Shown here: positions 52,885-64,000 of the stretch, one piece after another | Position numbering within the stretch: the first letter of the stretch is position 1 | Layout of the letters: the number at the start of each line of letters is the position of its first letter | DNA from: the human T2T-CHM13v2.0 reference genome, Homo sapiens | Direction: 5' to 3' (one strand) | Assembly (NCBI RefSeq): GCF_009914755.1 | Contig: NC_060934.1 | DNA length: 64,000 bases | Position numbers and translations under genes: made by a program | Notes under the pieces: generated by a model | The model's input: the letters and a program-made list of their open reading frames with translations, nothing else | Told to the model about the DNA's origin: nothing | Databases searched by the model: none

Positions 52885-53594
52885 GTGACGAACACCCCAT
52901 GTCTGCCCTGGCTCCCGCCATCTCCACGGAGTGGACAGAGCTTGGGAAAAGCTCATTGTGGAGGCCCAGAAGGCCGAGCCTTTGCTCAGCAGATGAGGGA
53001 GGGGATCAGCCACCCTAGGGAAGAAGCCAGTATTTCCTATTTTACTGAGGATATCCACATAAATTTCTATTTTGCCTCCCACACAGACCTGGGATCCATG
53101 TTTCACCAAGAGGCTCGTGCCAACAGACCCTCCATGCCACTGTTTTCCTGACCTCCCTAAGAAGAGCCAGGCCAGGCAGCATCCCCACATGGGCACTGGG
53201 GCCCAGGAAGAGCTGGGTCCTGCCCCTCTTCTCCCTCGTCCCTGCACCTGGCTTGCTGTGCAAGCCCAGCAGTGCTGGCTGAATTCATGTTCACCTGGGG
53301 CATTCAGAAAAAGCCTCTGCAGAAATCAGCTGGGAAGCAGGGCTGCGTGTGTGGCGCCTGGTCACTCAAGAAGGATTTGCAGAATTGAGTTTTCAACACA
53401 GGTGCCGCCACTAAGTCCCTCAAGCCCTTCGTGAGCCTAGAGCCACAGAGCCATTTGCTGCACTCCCACAATCTCTAACCACCCTGCACAGAAGCCCAGT
53501 TTATCCAAAGGACCATAAAATTTTGCGTGTAAACACTTGAAGTTTGGCATAATGAACTGAAAGTTAAGTCACCACTTCTATTTTCCATTAACCC

Positions 53595-54420
53595 AATCAT
53601 TCAAACAAGTATCTCTTGAGTATGTGCATTGAATACTGTGGAATTAGGATTTAGTCCATGCCTTCAAGAAACATACATCATAGAAGAAAAGGTATATAGC
53701 TTGTAACTGTAAGAGTGGCGAACAAGCAAGAAATATACATCATAGGAGAAAAGGTATAGCTTGTAACTGTAACAGCGGCAAACAGGCAAGAAATATACCT
53801 CATAGGAGAAAAGGTATACCGCTTGTAACTGTAAGAGTGGCGAACAGGCAAGAAATATACCTCATAGGAAAAAACGTATACGCTTGTAACTAACAGTGAA
53901 CAGGCAAGAAATATACCTCATAGAAAAAAGGTATACGCTTGTAACTGTAACAGTGGTGAACAGGCAAGAAATGATACCTCATAGAAAAAACGTATACGCT
54001 TGTAACTGTAAGAGTGGCGAACAGGCAAGAAATATACCTCATAGGAAAAAACGTACAGCTTGTAACTGTAAGAGTGGCGAACAGGCAAGAAATATACATC
54101 ATAGGAGAAAAGGTATAGCTTGTAACTAACAGTGGCGAACAGGCAGGAAATATACATCTTAGGAGAAAAGGTACAGCTTGTAACTAAGAGTGGTGAACAA
54201 GCAAGAAATATACATCACAGGAGAAAAGGTATAGCTTGTAACTAACAGTGGCGAACAGGCAGGAAATATACATCATAGGAGAAAAAGTATATGCTTGTAA
54301 CTGTAAGAGTGGTGAACAGGACAGAATTTCACAGGCTCATCAGAAGCAGCCAAGGAGGAAGCAGTGATTCATTTCCATCTGCAGTGGATAAATGTTTCCT
54401 GGAGAAAGTAACCTTTTCTA
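53595..54420 (-). mobile_element. L2 remnant containing a VNTR
   Basis: TCATTCAAACAAGTAT...TTGAGTA...AGTCCATGCCTTCAAG upstream and GGAGGAAGCAGTGATTCATT...TTCCTGGAGAAAGTAAC downstream resemble L2 reversed. Confidence 0.5.
53666..54320 (+). repeat. Minisatellite, ~60-bp unit (57-62), ~11 copies
   Basis: AAGAAATATACCTCATAGGAGAAAAGGTATAGCTTGTAACTGTAAGAGTGGCGAACAGGC. Confidence 0.96.
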
Positions 54421-56067
54421 CAGTGATATCTGATCCTTATTGTTTAGATCTTGCTTGATAAGGTATTAAATTACCACTTTCTATGTGCTGCTTATATAAA
54501 ATACATCACTGTCAAGGGTGGTTATAAGTTATAAAATAACTTAAATACTTCACAAAACCTTGGGCTGTGAATGGTGCGAGGAAGTGGGACCATGTGTTCC
54601 CGTGTTCTTGAGACACAGAAGGGGCAAGACCCCGGTTCCCTTCTCCTCCCCACTGCCCTGTTCCCAGATGAGGGGCAGAGGCAAGGCTGCCGTGGAGTCC
54701 TAGAACTGGCTCCAGGGCCAGGACACCGCGCACAGATTCTGCACCCCATGTGAGAAATACAGCCTGGGGAGCAATCACCGAGTTGCCTGGCAGTGGGGAG
54801 TGAGTCCTTCATCAAAAGGCATCAGGAAAACTTCCAGGTGCTCCTGAAACCTGGGCACAGAGTCACAGCCTGGCAGGAAGCACCAGTGATGCAGGTGTGC
54901 CCGAGACAGAGGATAGACAGACACTTGGAGGCCAGACTGGCCTGCAGGAGATGACCACTTCTCTCTGGTTCGTCAGAGACAGAGTCTGGGCTTCACTTTT
55001 GTATATGGAGTCTCACAGTACAGAAATATCACAAAGGGATTAGACTTCATATACTGACCCCAAGTAATTTTTTCATTTAAAAAAAATCATGTTTATCACA
55101 ACTAATTCTAATTCCAACAAAGAAAAATAAGTGTAAAAATGCATGCCTATAAAATGTAAACCACAATCTCTTTACCCATATGAGACCCAAAATTTAGTTT
55201 ATGTTTTCTTCAGTATTATTTTTTTTTTTTCCCAAGCCATTACTGAGGTCTCTCCTCACTGCCCCATGAGGAGGTTCACGGGCTCTTCTGGGCTCTTTGC
55301 TGTTTTATTGTTTTTCAGTTTTAAGGGCAGGATCATTTTCCCACACGTTTGCTTCCTTCATCACCAATTTTTCATAAGGACAACATCGTGCGTCGGAAAA
55401 CCTAATAACCGAACTTCATTAACGGTGAAAGAGTAAGGACACGCTGGCTACTATGACAGAGCATCCTCAGTCGCCGAATCTCCCTGGGTGACCAGGCACA
55501 CCCCCAATCTCCTTGGAACCCCAGCATGCGGGTATCTCTGTGGCTGACAGGACTGGCCCACCCTGGGGGAGGCATGAAAGCAAACAGAAGAGAAGGCAGG
55601 TGACTCATATTTAGGAAACTCAGGTGATCCTGTTGAGCCGTGTCTCTCAGGGTATCTGGGGACCAGCCACGTGAGGGGAACCTCCTGGCCTGGCAGGTGG
55701 CAGACTCCTGGGACCCACCTCAGATGCGTTAATCAGAGAATCTAAAGGCAGGCAAACTATGAAAAGAATCTATAGAGGAAGGACTAGCTCTGCTGTAAGC
55801 CCACTACACGCAAGGTCACGCAGGATGCCACTCTCAAGCCACACGGCGTCCAGTCTCCGTTCCACCCCCACGGGAGGAACACCCATCTTCAAGTCACAGA
55901 ACACGGTCTTCAGCGAACACCCTTCCTGCATGACCTCCACTGTTGCCCGGCCCTGCAGCAGCAGCCGCTGAGTAGGGGAAACAAGCCTTTGCTCCTGACC
56001 CTGCCCCCAACACACCTCAAATTCTCAAGGAAATCCTGTTACAGTCCAGTCGCAGCAGACTCCCTCA

Positions 56068-56740
56068 CAGCACCCACCTCTCCCACAATCGGATCCCAGG
56101 ACAGCACCCACCCACCCCCCCTTCCATAGCCGGATCCCCGGACAGCAACCACCCACCCCCTTCCACAGCCGGATCCGAGGACGGCACCCACCCCTCCCAC
56201 AGCCGGATCCCAGGACAGCACCCACCCACCCCTCCCACAGCCGGATCCCAGGACAGCACCCACCCACCCCCTCCCACAGCCGGATCCGAGGACAGCACCC
56301 ACCCCTCCCACAGCCGGATCCCAGGACAGCACCCACCCACCCCTCCCACAGCCGGATCCCAGGACAGCACCCACCCACCCCTCCCACAGCCGGATCCCAG
56401 GACAGCACCCACCCACCCCTCCCACAGCCGGATCCGAGGACAGCACCCACCCCTCCCACAGCCGGATCCCAGGACGGCACCCACCCACCCCTCCCACAGC
56501 CAGATCCCAGGACGGCACCCACCCACCCCTCCCACAGCCGGATCCCAGGACGGCACCCACCCACCCCCTCCCACAGCCGGATCCCAGGACGGCACCCACC
56601 CACCCCTCCCACAGCCGGATCCCAGGACGGCACCCACCCACCCCTCCCACAGCCGGATCCCAGGACGGCACCCACCCACCCCTCCCACAGCCGGATCCCA
56701 GGACGGCACCCACCCACCCCTCCCACAGCCGGATCCCAGG
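56068..56740 (+). repeat. C-rich minisatellite, 38-bp unit (34-bp variant), ~18 copies
   Basis: CCCACCCACCCCTCCCACAGCCGGATCCCAGGAC(A/G)GCA. Confidence 0.96.
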
Positions 56741-57399
56741 CTTGTCCTGGGCCCCGCTGCGCACACCACCATCTCTGACACTCGGACCTCAGAGTGTCAT
56801 CACGCAGCCACCCACACCTTCCCAAGAGGGGGATCCACACGCCCTGGCAGCGGCCACCTGACTCTACCAGGACATTTTGGAGGTTCCTCAGCAAACTCAA
56901 CAGCCTTAGACTGAACACAGCTCCTCCCTCACAGACCCAGTCACTCCAACGTGTCACCATCTGCTATAGACACATGAAACAAACCCCTTTCCCTCCACAA
57001 TGTTGCCACCCTGCCCACTGGGGCCTGGCCCTGCATCCTGTCCACACTTCCATTTCAGGATATTCTGCTGGAATCAACAGCCCCAGACTCACCCCCAACA
57101 CCTACCACATTGAAAACAACGTTTTTTCTTGATGCATCAAGCGAAAGACAGAAAACCACCCTAAACAAGTGTGTGCCTTGAGTCACAGAGAGGAACATGC
57201 TGTGAGCCCCGACCCTGGAAGGGATCTGTGCACCTGAGTCCTTCGTAGCCCTGTCCTGACCTTCACAGCCCATCAAACCTACATGCACTCTCTCCTCTCT
57301 CTCTCCAGCTCACAGCCAGATTCTGCCATTTTCCTCAGCTTTAAGACAACAGCCAGGGCTTCTCAGATGGCCCAGGAGCCAGCCCTCGATGGTCCCACA

Positions 57400-57823
57400 C
57401 GGCTGTGTGCTCCCTCCTGCAGAGCTCAAAGCTGGTCAGTGTGGCCCACGGGACACGGCCAGGAGACCGGCCACCTTGACACTGGGCGTAAGACCAGCAC
57501 TCCTATGTCTCTGCAGAAAGGAGCAGCCCTGGGCAGGGATGTGCCTGGCAGCCCCACAGAGGGACCGGTGTGGAGGACCAGGCCTCCGCCAGCAGACACG
57601 TCAGCACAGCATCCTGGAGCAGAACCTCCAGCCCAGCTGAACCTACAGATAGCCACAGCCCTGGACAGAATCTTCACCGTGACTCAGGGGGACAGGGCCA
57701 GAACCACTCAGCAGAGCTGCCCTAAATTTGCAACCTGTAGAAGCTGTACAGTCATACGTGTGTGTTGCCTTAAGCCACTAGGTTTTGGAGTCACTTGTCA
57801 CACAGCAACAGACAGTGGATGCA
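57400..57823 (+). mobile_element. MaLR LTR (MLT1F/G-like)
   Basis: CATCCTGGAGCAGAACCTCCAGCCC...GCCAGAACCACTCAGC...TAAGCCACTAGGTTTTGGAGT...ACACAGCAACAGA. Confidence 0.75.
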
Positions 57824-58036
57824 GACAGGCTCCCAGGCCATGATGGCCTCTGCTGGCCTCACCTGGGCTGTCTCATCTGTTCCCACGACATCACGTTTCT
57901 CAAAGCCAAAGGCTGCCAGGACCCCCTTTTCTTCACAAAGTCGTTACAAGCTCACAATACCAAGTGAAAAACAACAATCTGTAAAATGCAACATATGACC
58001 CAATACAGGGTGGTGAGTGCACAGGCACATACACAT

Positions 58037-58292
58037 GTGGGGGTGGGGGTGGGGGTGGGGGTGGGGGCGGGGGAGGGGATGGGCAGGGCAGGGGAGGGGA
58101 AGGGGGAGAGGATGGGTGGGAAGGGGGAGGGGGAGGATGGGCGGGGAGGGGGCGGGGGCAGGGGCAGGCAGGCAGGCAGGGGGAGGGGGCAGGAAGGCAG
58201 GCAGGCAGGCAGGAAGGGGGAGGGGGCAGGGGCAGGCAGGCAGGCAGGGGGAGGGGGCAGGGGCAGGCGGGGAAGGGGGCGGGGAAGGGGGA
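58037..58292 (+). repeat. G-rich low-complexity tract: (GGGGGT)n, (GGCA)n, GGGGA
   Basis: Read directly. Confidence 0.88.
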
Positions 58293-61068
58293 AACCCCAG
58301 AGGGCGAAACCCTGGAGGGCTGGAGGCAGGAGGGATGCTCCCTGGCAACCTCACAGGGTGCCGTCACATGACAGGGCGGACACATGACAGAATTATAATA
58401 AAATGCTTAAGAAGAGTAAGCAACAGCATCTTCAGATTAGGGTAGTGTCCTGGTTTCACGCTTGCCTCATATGACATTCTATAAATTGGAAAGATAACGC
58501 ATTGTCTTACCAGCCACGCTGTTCCCCAAATACTAACTATGATAAAGACTAGACAGCATCTGAGTACTGAGCATGCGTCAAGCCCAGTGAGGTAGGAATC
58601 CTTACTTTGCTAGAGAAAGAAACAGGTTCTGAGAGAACCTTCCTGAGGCCACACAGCTGTCTCCAAACCCACCTCCCGCTTCCTGACCCTGAACCAGGAT
58701 GGGAGGACTCGAGTCATGTGTGTGAATAATTTGCCTGGATGCATCTCACGGATTGAGATTCGACCCCCAGACCTAATCATCTCTATTCAGAAATGCGTAA
58801 AGGAAGGTGCAGTTGTATCACCACGAGCTGGGGGAACAAAGGCAGGCACCCTCGATGTAGATACGGGGGGTGGAGGCGGGCGCCCAGCGCAGGGGGACAG
58901 GAGCACGTCCAGCCCAGCCCAGTCACACAACCACCCTGCCATGCCAGTGCGGGGGCCCACCATCGCGTCTCGGGGAAAGGCAGCTTCTCCTGCACAGGAA
59001 TCTAAGCCTGAAAGTGTGTTTCTGAGAAGGTGTGGACCAACATCTCGGAAATCAGACACTGTAACATGCTTATCTATACAGGCCGCCTATGTCAGGGAAT
59101 CACCAATAATTCCCATCTCGCCATCAATTATTTCTGGTAAATATTGATTATTTTAAGTTAACAGAGGCAACACAGGAACAAAATAATGGCAATGTCAGTG
59201 AATCTGCTCTCCCACTGAAGAGCTGGGGCTAATGATGAAATAGAAGGAGACTTGGAGAACACAGCAGGACCCCAGACACCACGGACCACCCGACCCCTCC
59301 CCCACCGACAGCCCAACCCCTCCCCCGGCAGACCACCCCACCCCCTCCACAGGTGAGTTAGGTCGTGGGGCCAAGGAGTGGTTTCCAAGGAATCTCAGAG
59401 GTTTTCAAGGTCTTGCAAGTTTAACGGGAGTTGAATATTTGCATCTGAGTCACACAAGCACATTAAAAGTAAAATTTCTCCTTTCCACTAGAATTATGAG
59501 CTTGGGGCAGCAGCACTGGCTGTATCTCATATGCTCATGAGACCCTTTGGAGGCAGCTGTACATCTCAGGTGAATCACTTTAATAATGAGAGAAGTGCTT
59601 GGGCCCTCGATCCGGGACCACAGACCCCACGACGAGGGTCTAACCAGGACAAGCCTCGGCCTGGAACAGCTGGTGTCCATGGGGGCGGTGGGGAACGCCG
59701 GGGGAACGCCGGGGGAAGCCCCACACAAGCTCGGTGTGTCCTACCCCACACACAGTCGGCATCAGCCACAGGGGTCTTTTGTTGTTTTTGTTGAGGAAGG
59801 AACATATTTAAAAGCCCAGGGCCTGGACTCCTCAAAGCTCCCCACAGACCTGGGTTAATCGGCACCTTCCCTCATGTTAAAATCAACAACTATATATGGC
59901 TGCTGACAGCACCTCAGAGCAGATGCAACACTGGGCTTTCTTGGTGTCTGGAGAAAGCAGGAATTCCAGGTCTCTGCCTTCCTACCTCCCCAAAGGCTCT
60001 GGCCCAGATGAGCTCAGGTTCTTCCAGGTAAGGAGTACAGACCAGCTACCCACATGCCCCTCAGGGTCACACAGCAGCTGTGCAGACTCTTGCACCATGC
60101 ACAAGCCCTCACAACCCACCCCAGAGGAGGAAGCCCAGCCCCGGAGCCCCATGGCCCCGGCCTGGCAGGAGGCCACTGCTGGGGCCCCTGCTCAGGGTTC
60201 AGCACAGCACGGTCCAGCCACACCGGGTGAGACATCCACCCACCTGGCCATTCGTCTTTAACCTAAAACAGACACAGGAATTCAGGGAGGTGTTCCTTCC
60301 CCTTGATGAACTCATTGCTCCGGTTCTCACCTCTCCCCCCCACTCCTGTTCTCCTCTCCCCCCGATCCAGTTCTCACCTCTCTCCCCACCCCCTCCGGTT
60401 CTCACCTCTCCCTCCTGCCCTGTCACAGACACCCAGCACTGCGCCCAAGGCCTGACTCCCAGTTTCACAGGGAAACCAAGACAATCATGATTTTAGAAAC
60501 TGGGAGCTAGGTGTAAAATGAGTCAATAAAGCCAGTGTCCACTGATCATCCCTCCACGCACAGCAGAGAGCAGTCCTCGGGATAAAACCCACAGGGGTGG
60601 AGAAGACACGCGATCAAGGTGGACAGGATGGAGGAGTCACAAAGAGGGGAGGTTCGGAGAATGAGGCCATGTGAACACAAAGCTAAAGTGCTCAGCGGCT
60701 GGAAGACAAAAGCTGCACAACACAAGAGACAAGCTAAACACAACCATTTAAAAAAAAAAAGAAAAAAGTGTCACTGTTAAGTAGGAGTCCATCAGGATTT
60801 AAGTTCTCGAGTCACTTAATGTATCAGCACACAGACTTCTCATAATGCCTGAAACTCGCGGCAGTGAACACGTGAATCAGTTCTCCCAAGTCCATTGTTT
60901 TGATAGGCCTCTTGATTCTCAGGCTGGTTTCAAAGTAAGCTTTCTGTTTGCTGATAACTTAATAATTAACATACTTGAAAACACATTGACTTTCAAATTA
61001 ATCTGCTAATAAAATATTAATTACCACACGGGCTATCATCCACAGAAACAACGTAATCACTTTCTGGT

Positions 61069-61627
61069 TGTAAAAGCATTAAAATTCTAGGCCCCCCTGG
61101 CCATCTCAACAGCCCCTACTCTTGGCAAGGGCATTCCAAAGCTAACCTGAAAAACTAGTCCAGGCCATGATCGGTGGGGGGTGGGACTTGCCTTATCACC
61201 CCGCCTCCCTTCTGGAATTAGACAGAACTTAGACTCTTAGCCTGACGGGAAACATTCACAATCTATTCTCTTCAAAGCTACCTGGAGGCATCCCTCCACA
61301 TGACAAAGCCTTGGTCTCCACACAACCCCTTAATCGTACAACTCTCTCAACCAACTGTCAATCAGGAAATTTTTGAATCTACCTATGACCTGGACACCCC
61401 TGCTTCCAGTTGTCCCCGCGTTTCCAGATCAAACCAATGTACATCTTACATTTATTTGATTGATGTCTCATGTCTCCCTAAAAGGTACAAAACCAGGCTG
61501 TGCTCTGACCACCTTGGGAATAGGTTCTTAGTATCTCCTGAGGGCTGTATCGTGGGCCATGGTAACTCATTTGGCTCACAATAAATCTCTTTAAATACCT
61601 TACAGAGTTTGATTCTCTTTGCTGACA
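61069..61627 (+). mobile_element. ERV1 solo LTR, MER4B/D-like, both termini present
   Basis: TGTAAAAGCATTAAAATTCTAGGCCCCC...AACCAATGTACATCTTACAT...CAATAAATCTCTTT...GCTGACA; perfect 4-bp TSD TGGT. Confidence 0.9.
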
Positions 61628-64000
61628 TGGTACCTTTCATGTGTATTTATTTTGGGGCAGGTTAAAGGGGACTCACAATGGATTGGAGGCAGCAATTGCC
61701 CACTGTACGAGAAGTCTCTGCAGACTGAGAGCCACTGGCATGGGGACTCCAACCCCTGAAGCAGCAGCTCTCCCATGTCCCAAGGCCTGAGAGACCTGCA
61801 CCTCCAGGGCCTCTCATTTGAGAGTCTCAGCAACAACGCAACCAAACGTGATCAACATCACAGAATGTTCCTCAAGGCTTTTGGCTGTTGCTTCTCCCCA
61901 AGTTTACTCCTCTAAAACCACAATGGGAACAGTCGGAACAGGATGGTTCTCAGCCACTGACCCTCCTGGTAACGCACTGTCTCCAAGGCCCTTTCCCGCC
62001 AGTCACAGCTTCCTTCAAGTCAGGCTTGAAGGCCACCTCCCCAGGAAGGAAACCTCTTCAATCCAGCAACACAACTCCTGGTCCCGTCTAGAGCTTGTCT
62101 GCCAGGAAGGGAAGACTCCTCATTCCAGAGAGAGCAGGTGCCACAAAACTCAGTGTTTTCGCCATTGTGAAGGCAAATACTCATGAAATTAATACACTTT
62201 TTCCTCCTTAGATACTGACAATTCCTCTTCTGGAGGTCAGCCAAGGCCATCTGCACGAGTCACGCGTGACAGCTCTAGCCCCACCTTCGGTGTCAGCAGT
62301 GCGGCTCCGCTGAGACCCTCCTGCACCAGCCGGGCCGTGCACCTGTTCCTACAACTGCTGTCACCAGACTATAGTGATTCTAAAATAATCAGCAAGCGGA
62401 CGTTCCAAAGGATGCATTTTAAAGAAAAATGTGTAAGCTTTACTGCATGAAATCAGCTACATCTTTTGCTACTCCAAAGGCTTTTTGTTTTGCCTTCTCA
62501 AGGTTCTCCACAATGATCCTGACAGTTAAGGTTCCCAGTTACAGGCAGAGGGTTGGGCAGGCCGCATCTGATGTTTAACACACACAGAGGATCCACGTCA
62601 AAGGATTTTCCCTGTTCACCAACATCATCAGGACAAACTTTAAGCAGCAATAATTTCCCTGTCTGGAAAATTGAGCTCACTTGAGCACTAATGCAACAAA
62701 TGTGTTTGACAAAGTTACAGGTGGACCTTCTAGTGAATGAATCACTATTTCAAGGAGGATAATGGCTCACTATTCAAAGGCATGTTTTTGTCAGTTTTTA
62801 TAATTTCAGTCTCCTTCATTTGAATCATGAAGTGAGACTTGTACCTGATACATTACAGAATCTCTACGAAATAGACGAAATTCCAATTCTGTACATTCAC
62901 TCTCATTCTTTTCCATATGCACACGGATGGTCGTAATTTAAGTTGGCATTCCAACAGGATTTCTAAATTAAAATTTCTACTTTAAACATTACGTGTTAAA
63001 CATTAAACATTCCATTGCTAAACATTTATAACAGGGTCTGCATGGCCAGTTTTAAAGATTTCTTCCTCACTGAAAACAAGTGTTCTGTTCCCTCAGAGAG
63101 CTTTTCATATATTTAACCAATAAATGGTCTACTCTAAAATATTCTAGAGACAGATACATTTGGAGAGGACACACTCAACACAGAAATCCATAACATCAAA
63201 CAACAGTGCACAACCAGCAGTGACAGTGGAAGAGCTGCCATGTGAGTGCCCCTAAAAATACACACAAGCCTGGCTGCTTAAAAGGAATGAATATAGCTAA
63301 ATACTCTTCTGTGAACATTGACGTGTGCAACCTTATAAAGTCTACTGCCTTGCAGAATCCTCCTAGCTGAGCAGCAGTAATCTTCCTTGAAGGCTTTTCT
63401 CACCTACACTGCCTACAAGTGCTCTCTGGGCAGTATTGTGTCTTTGTTTAGAATATCACAGTATCTGGAGGCCTGTAATCTGAAGTCAGGGCCTTATCAT
63501 AAATCAGACACCATCCCCCTCAGGGCTAGTGGGCCAACTTCGACTAATGCAGACTGTTCCACAGTGCCCTGCAGGCGGGCTTGGTGCATCCATACGATTT
63601 TAAGGCTTGGGGCTGCCATTTTCTGCAGTCACAGATGCAGACTTACATATTCATAATGACTGAAAGCAGCACGTATTTTTATGTTCCTTCCGTAATGGTG
63701 GTAATAATAATGGCAATATTTCCCCGATCCTTTAAAAAACCTCCTAACAGCAGTTGTATTCCACCCCCTTCCTTAAAATTAGTAGAATTTACCAAACTAG
63801 GTGAAATGAGTCTTCATGAGAAAGTGACAAATCAGTATTCATGCAATGGCATAGTAGCTAGGCATACAGTGTACGTCAACATCCCAAACTAAGCACCCAT
63901 CACAGTATTTCCAACTCGCAGGAAAGCTAGAAAAATCAGAAGGCTTAAAATATAATTATAGCAGAATTTCACAACAATGAAAATGAAAAAGAAACCAAAG

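Noticed and set aside
55255-55401. Minus-strand open frame FSDARCCPYEKLVMKEATCGKMILPLKLKNNKTAKSPEEPVNLLMGQ after a TAG acceptor-like site
   Set aside because: The acceptor is weak, the peptide is unrecognised and no linked exons were found.
56025-56960. 311-, 241- and 238-aa Gly/Trp-rich ORFs
   Set aside because: All three frames are open only because the 38-bp VNTR unit has no stop codon.

Overview
Human genomic DNA: a near-consensus AluYb8, a human-specific subfamily, sits at 34664-34964. I found no recognisable protein-coding exon, RNA gene or CpG-island promoter. The long ORFs in the track are translations of tandem repeats, Alus or other transposon remnants. The window has two components. 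(1) Transposon remnants: about a dozen Alus, old L1M, L2 and MIR pieces, MaLR and ERV1 solo LTRs, and MER2, MER3 and Charlie1 DNA elements. (2) More than 20 tandem repeats totalling roughly 9 kb (~14%), a density typical of subtelomeric regions. Most LTRs lie on the + strand, which suggests a large intron of a minus-strand gene; I cannot name that gene. The most notable structures are a 1.7-kb G-quadruplex/triplex-prone array, several VNTRs that arose inside transposon sequence (one yielding eight exact NBRE sites), a young AluYb8 with a perfect TSD, and an L1>MLT1>Alu nest. I see no support for a new coding system. Repeat family names come from recalled consensus sequences and need RepeatMasker/Dfam confirmation.
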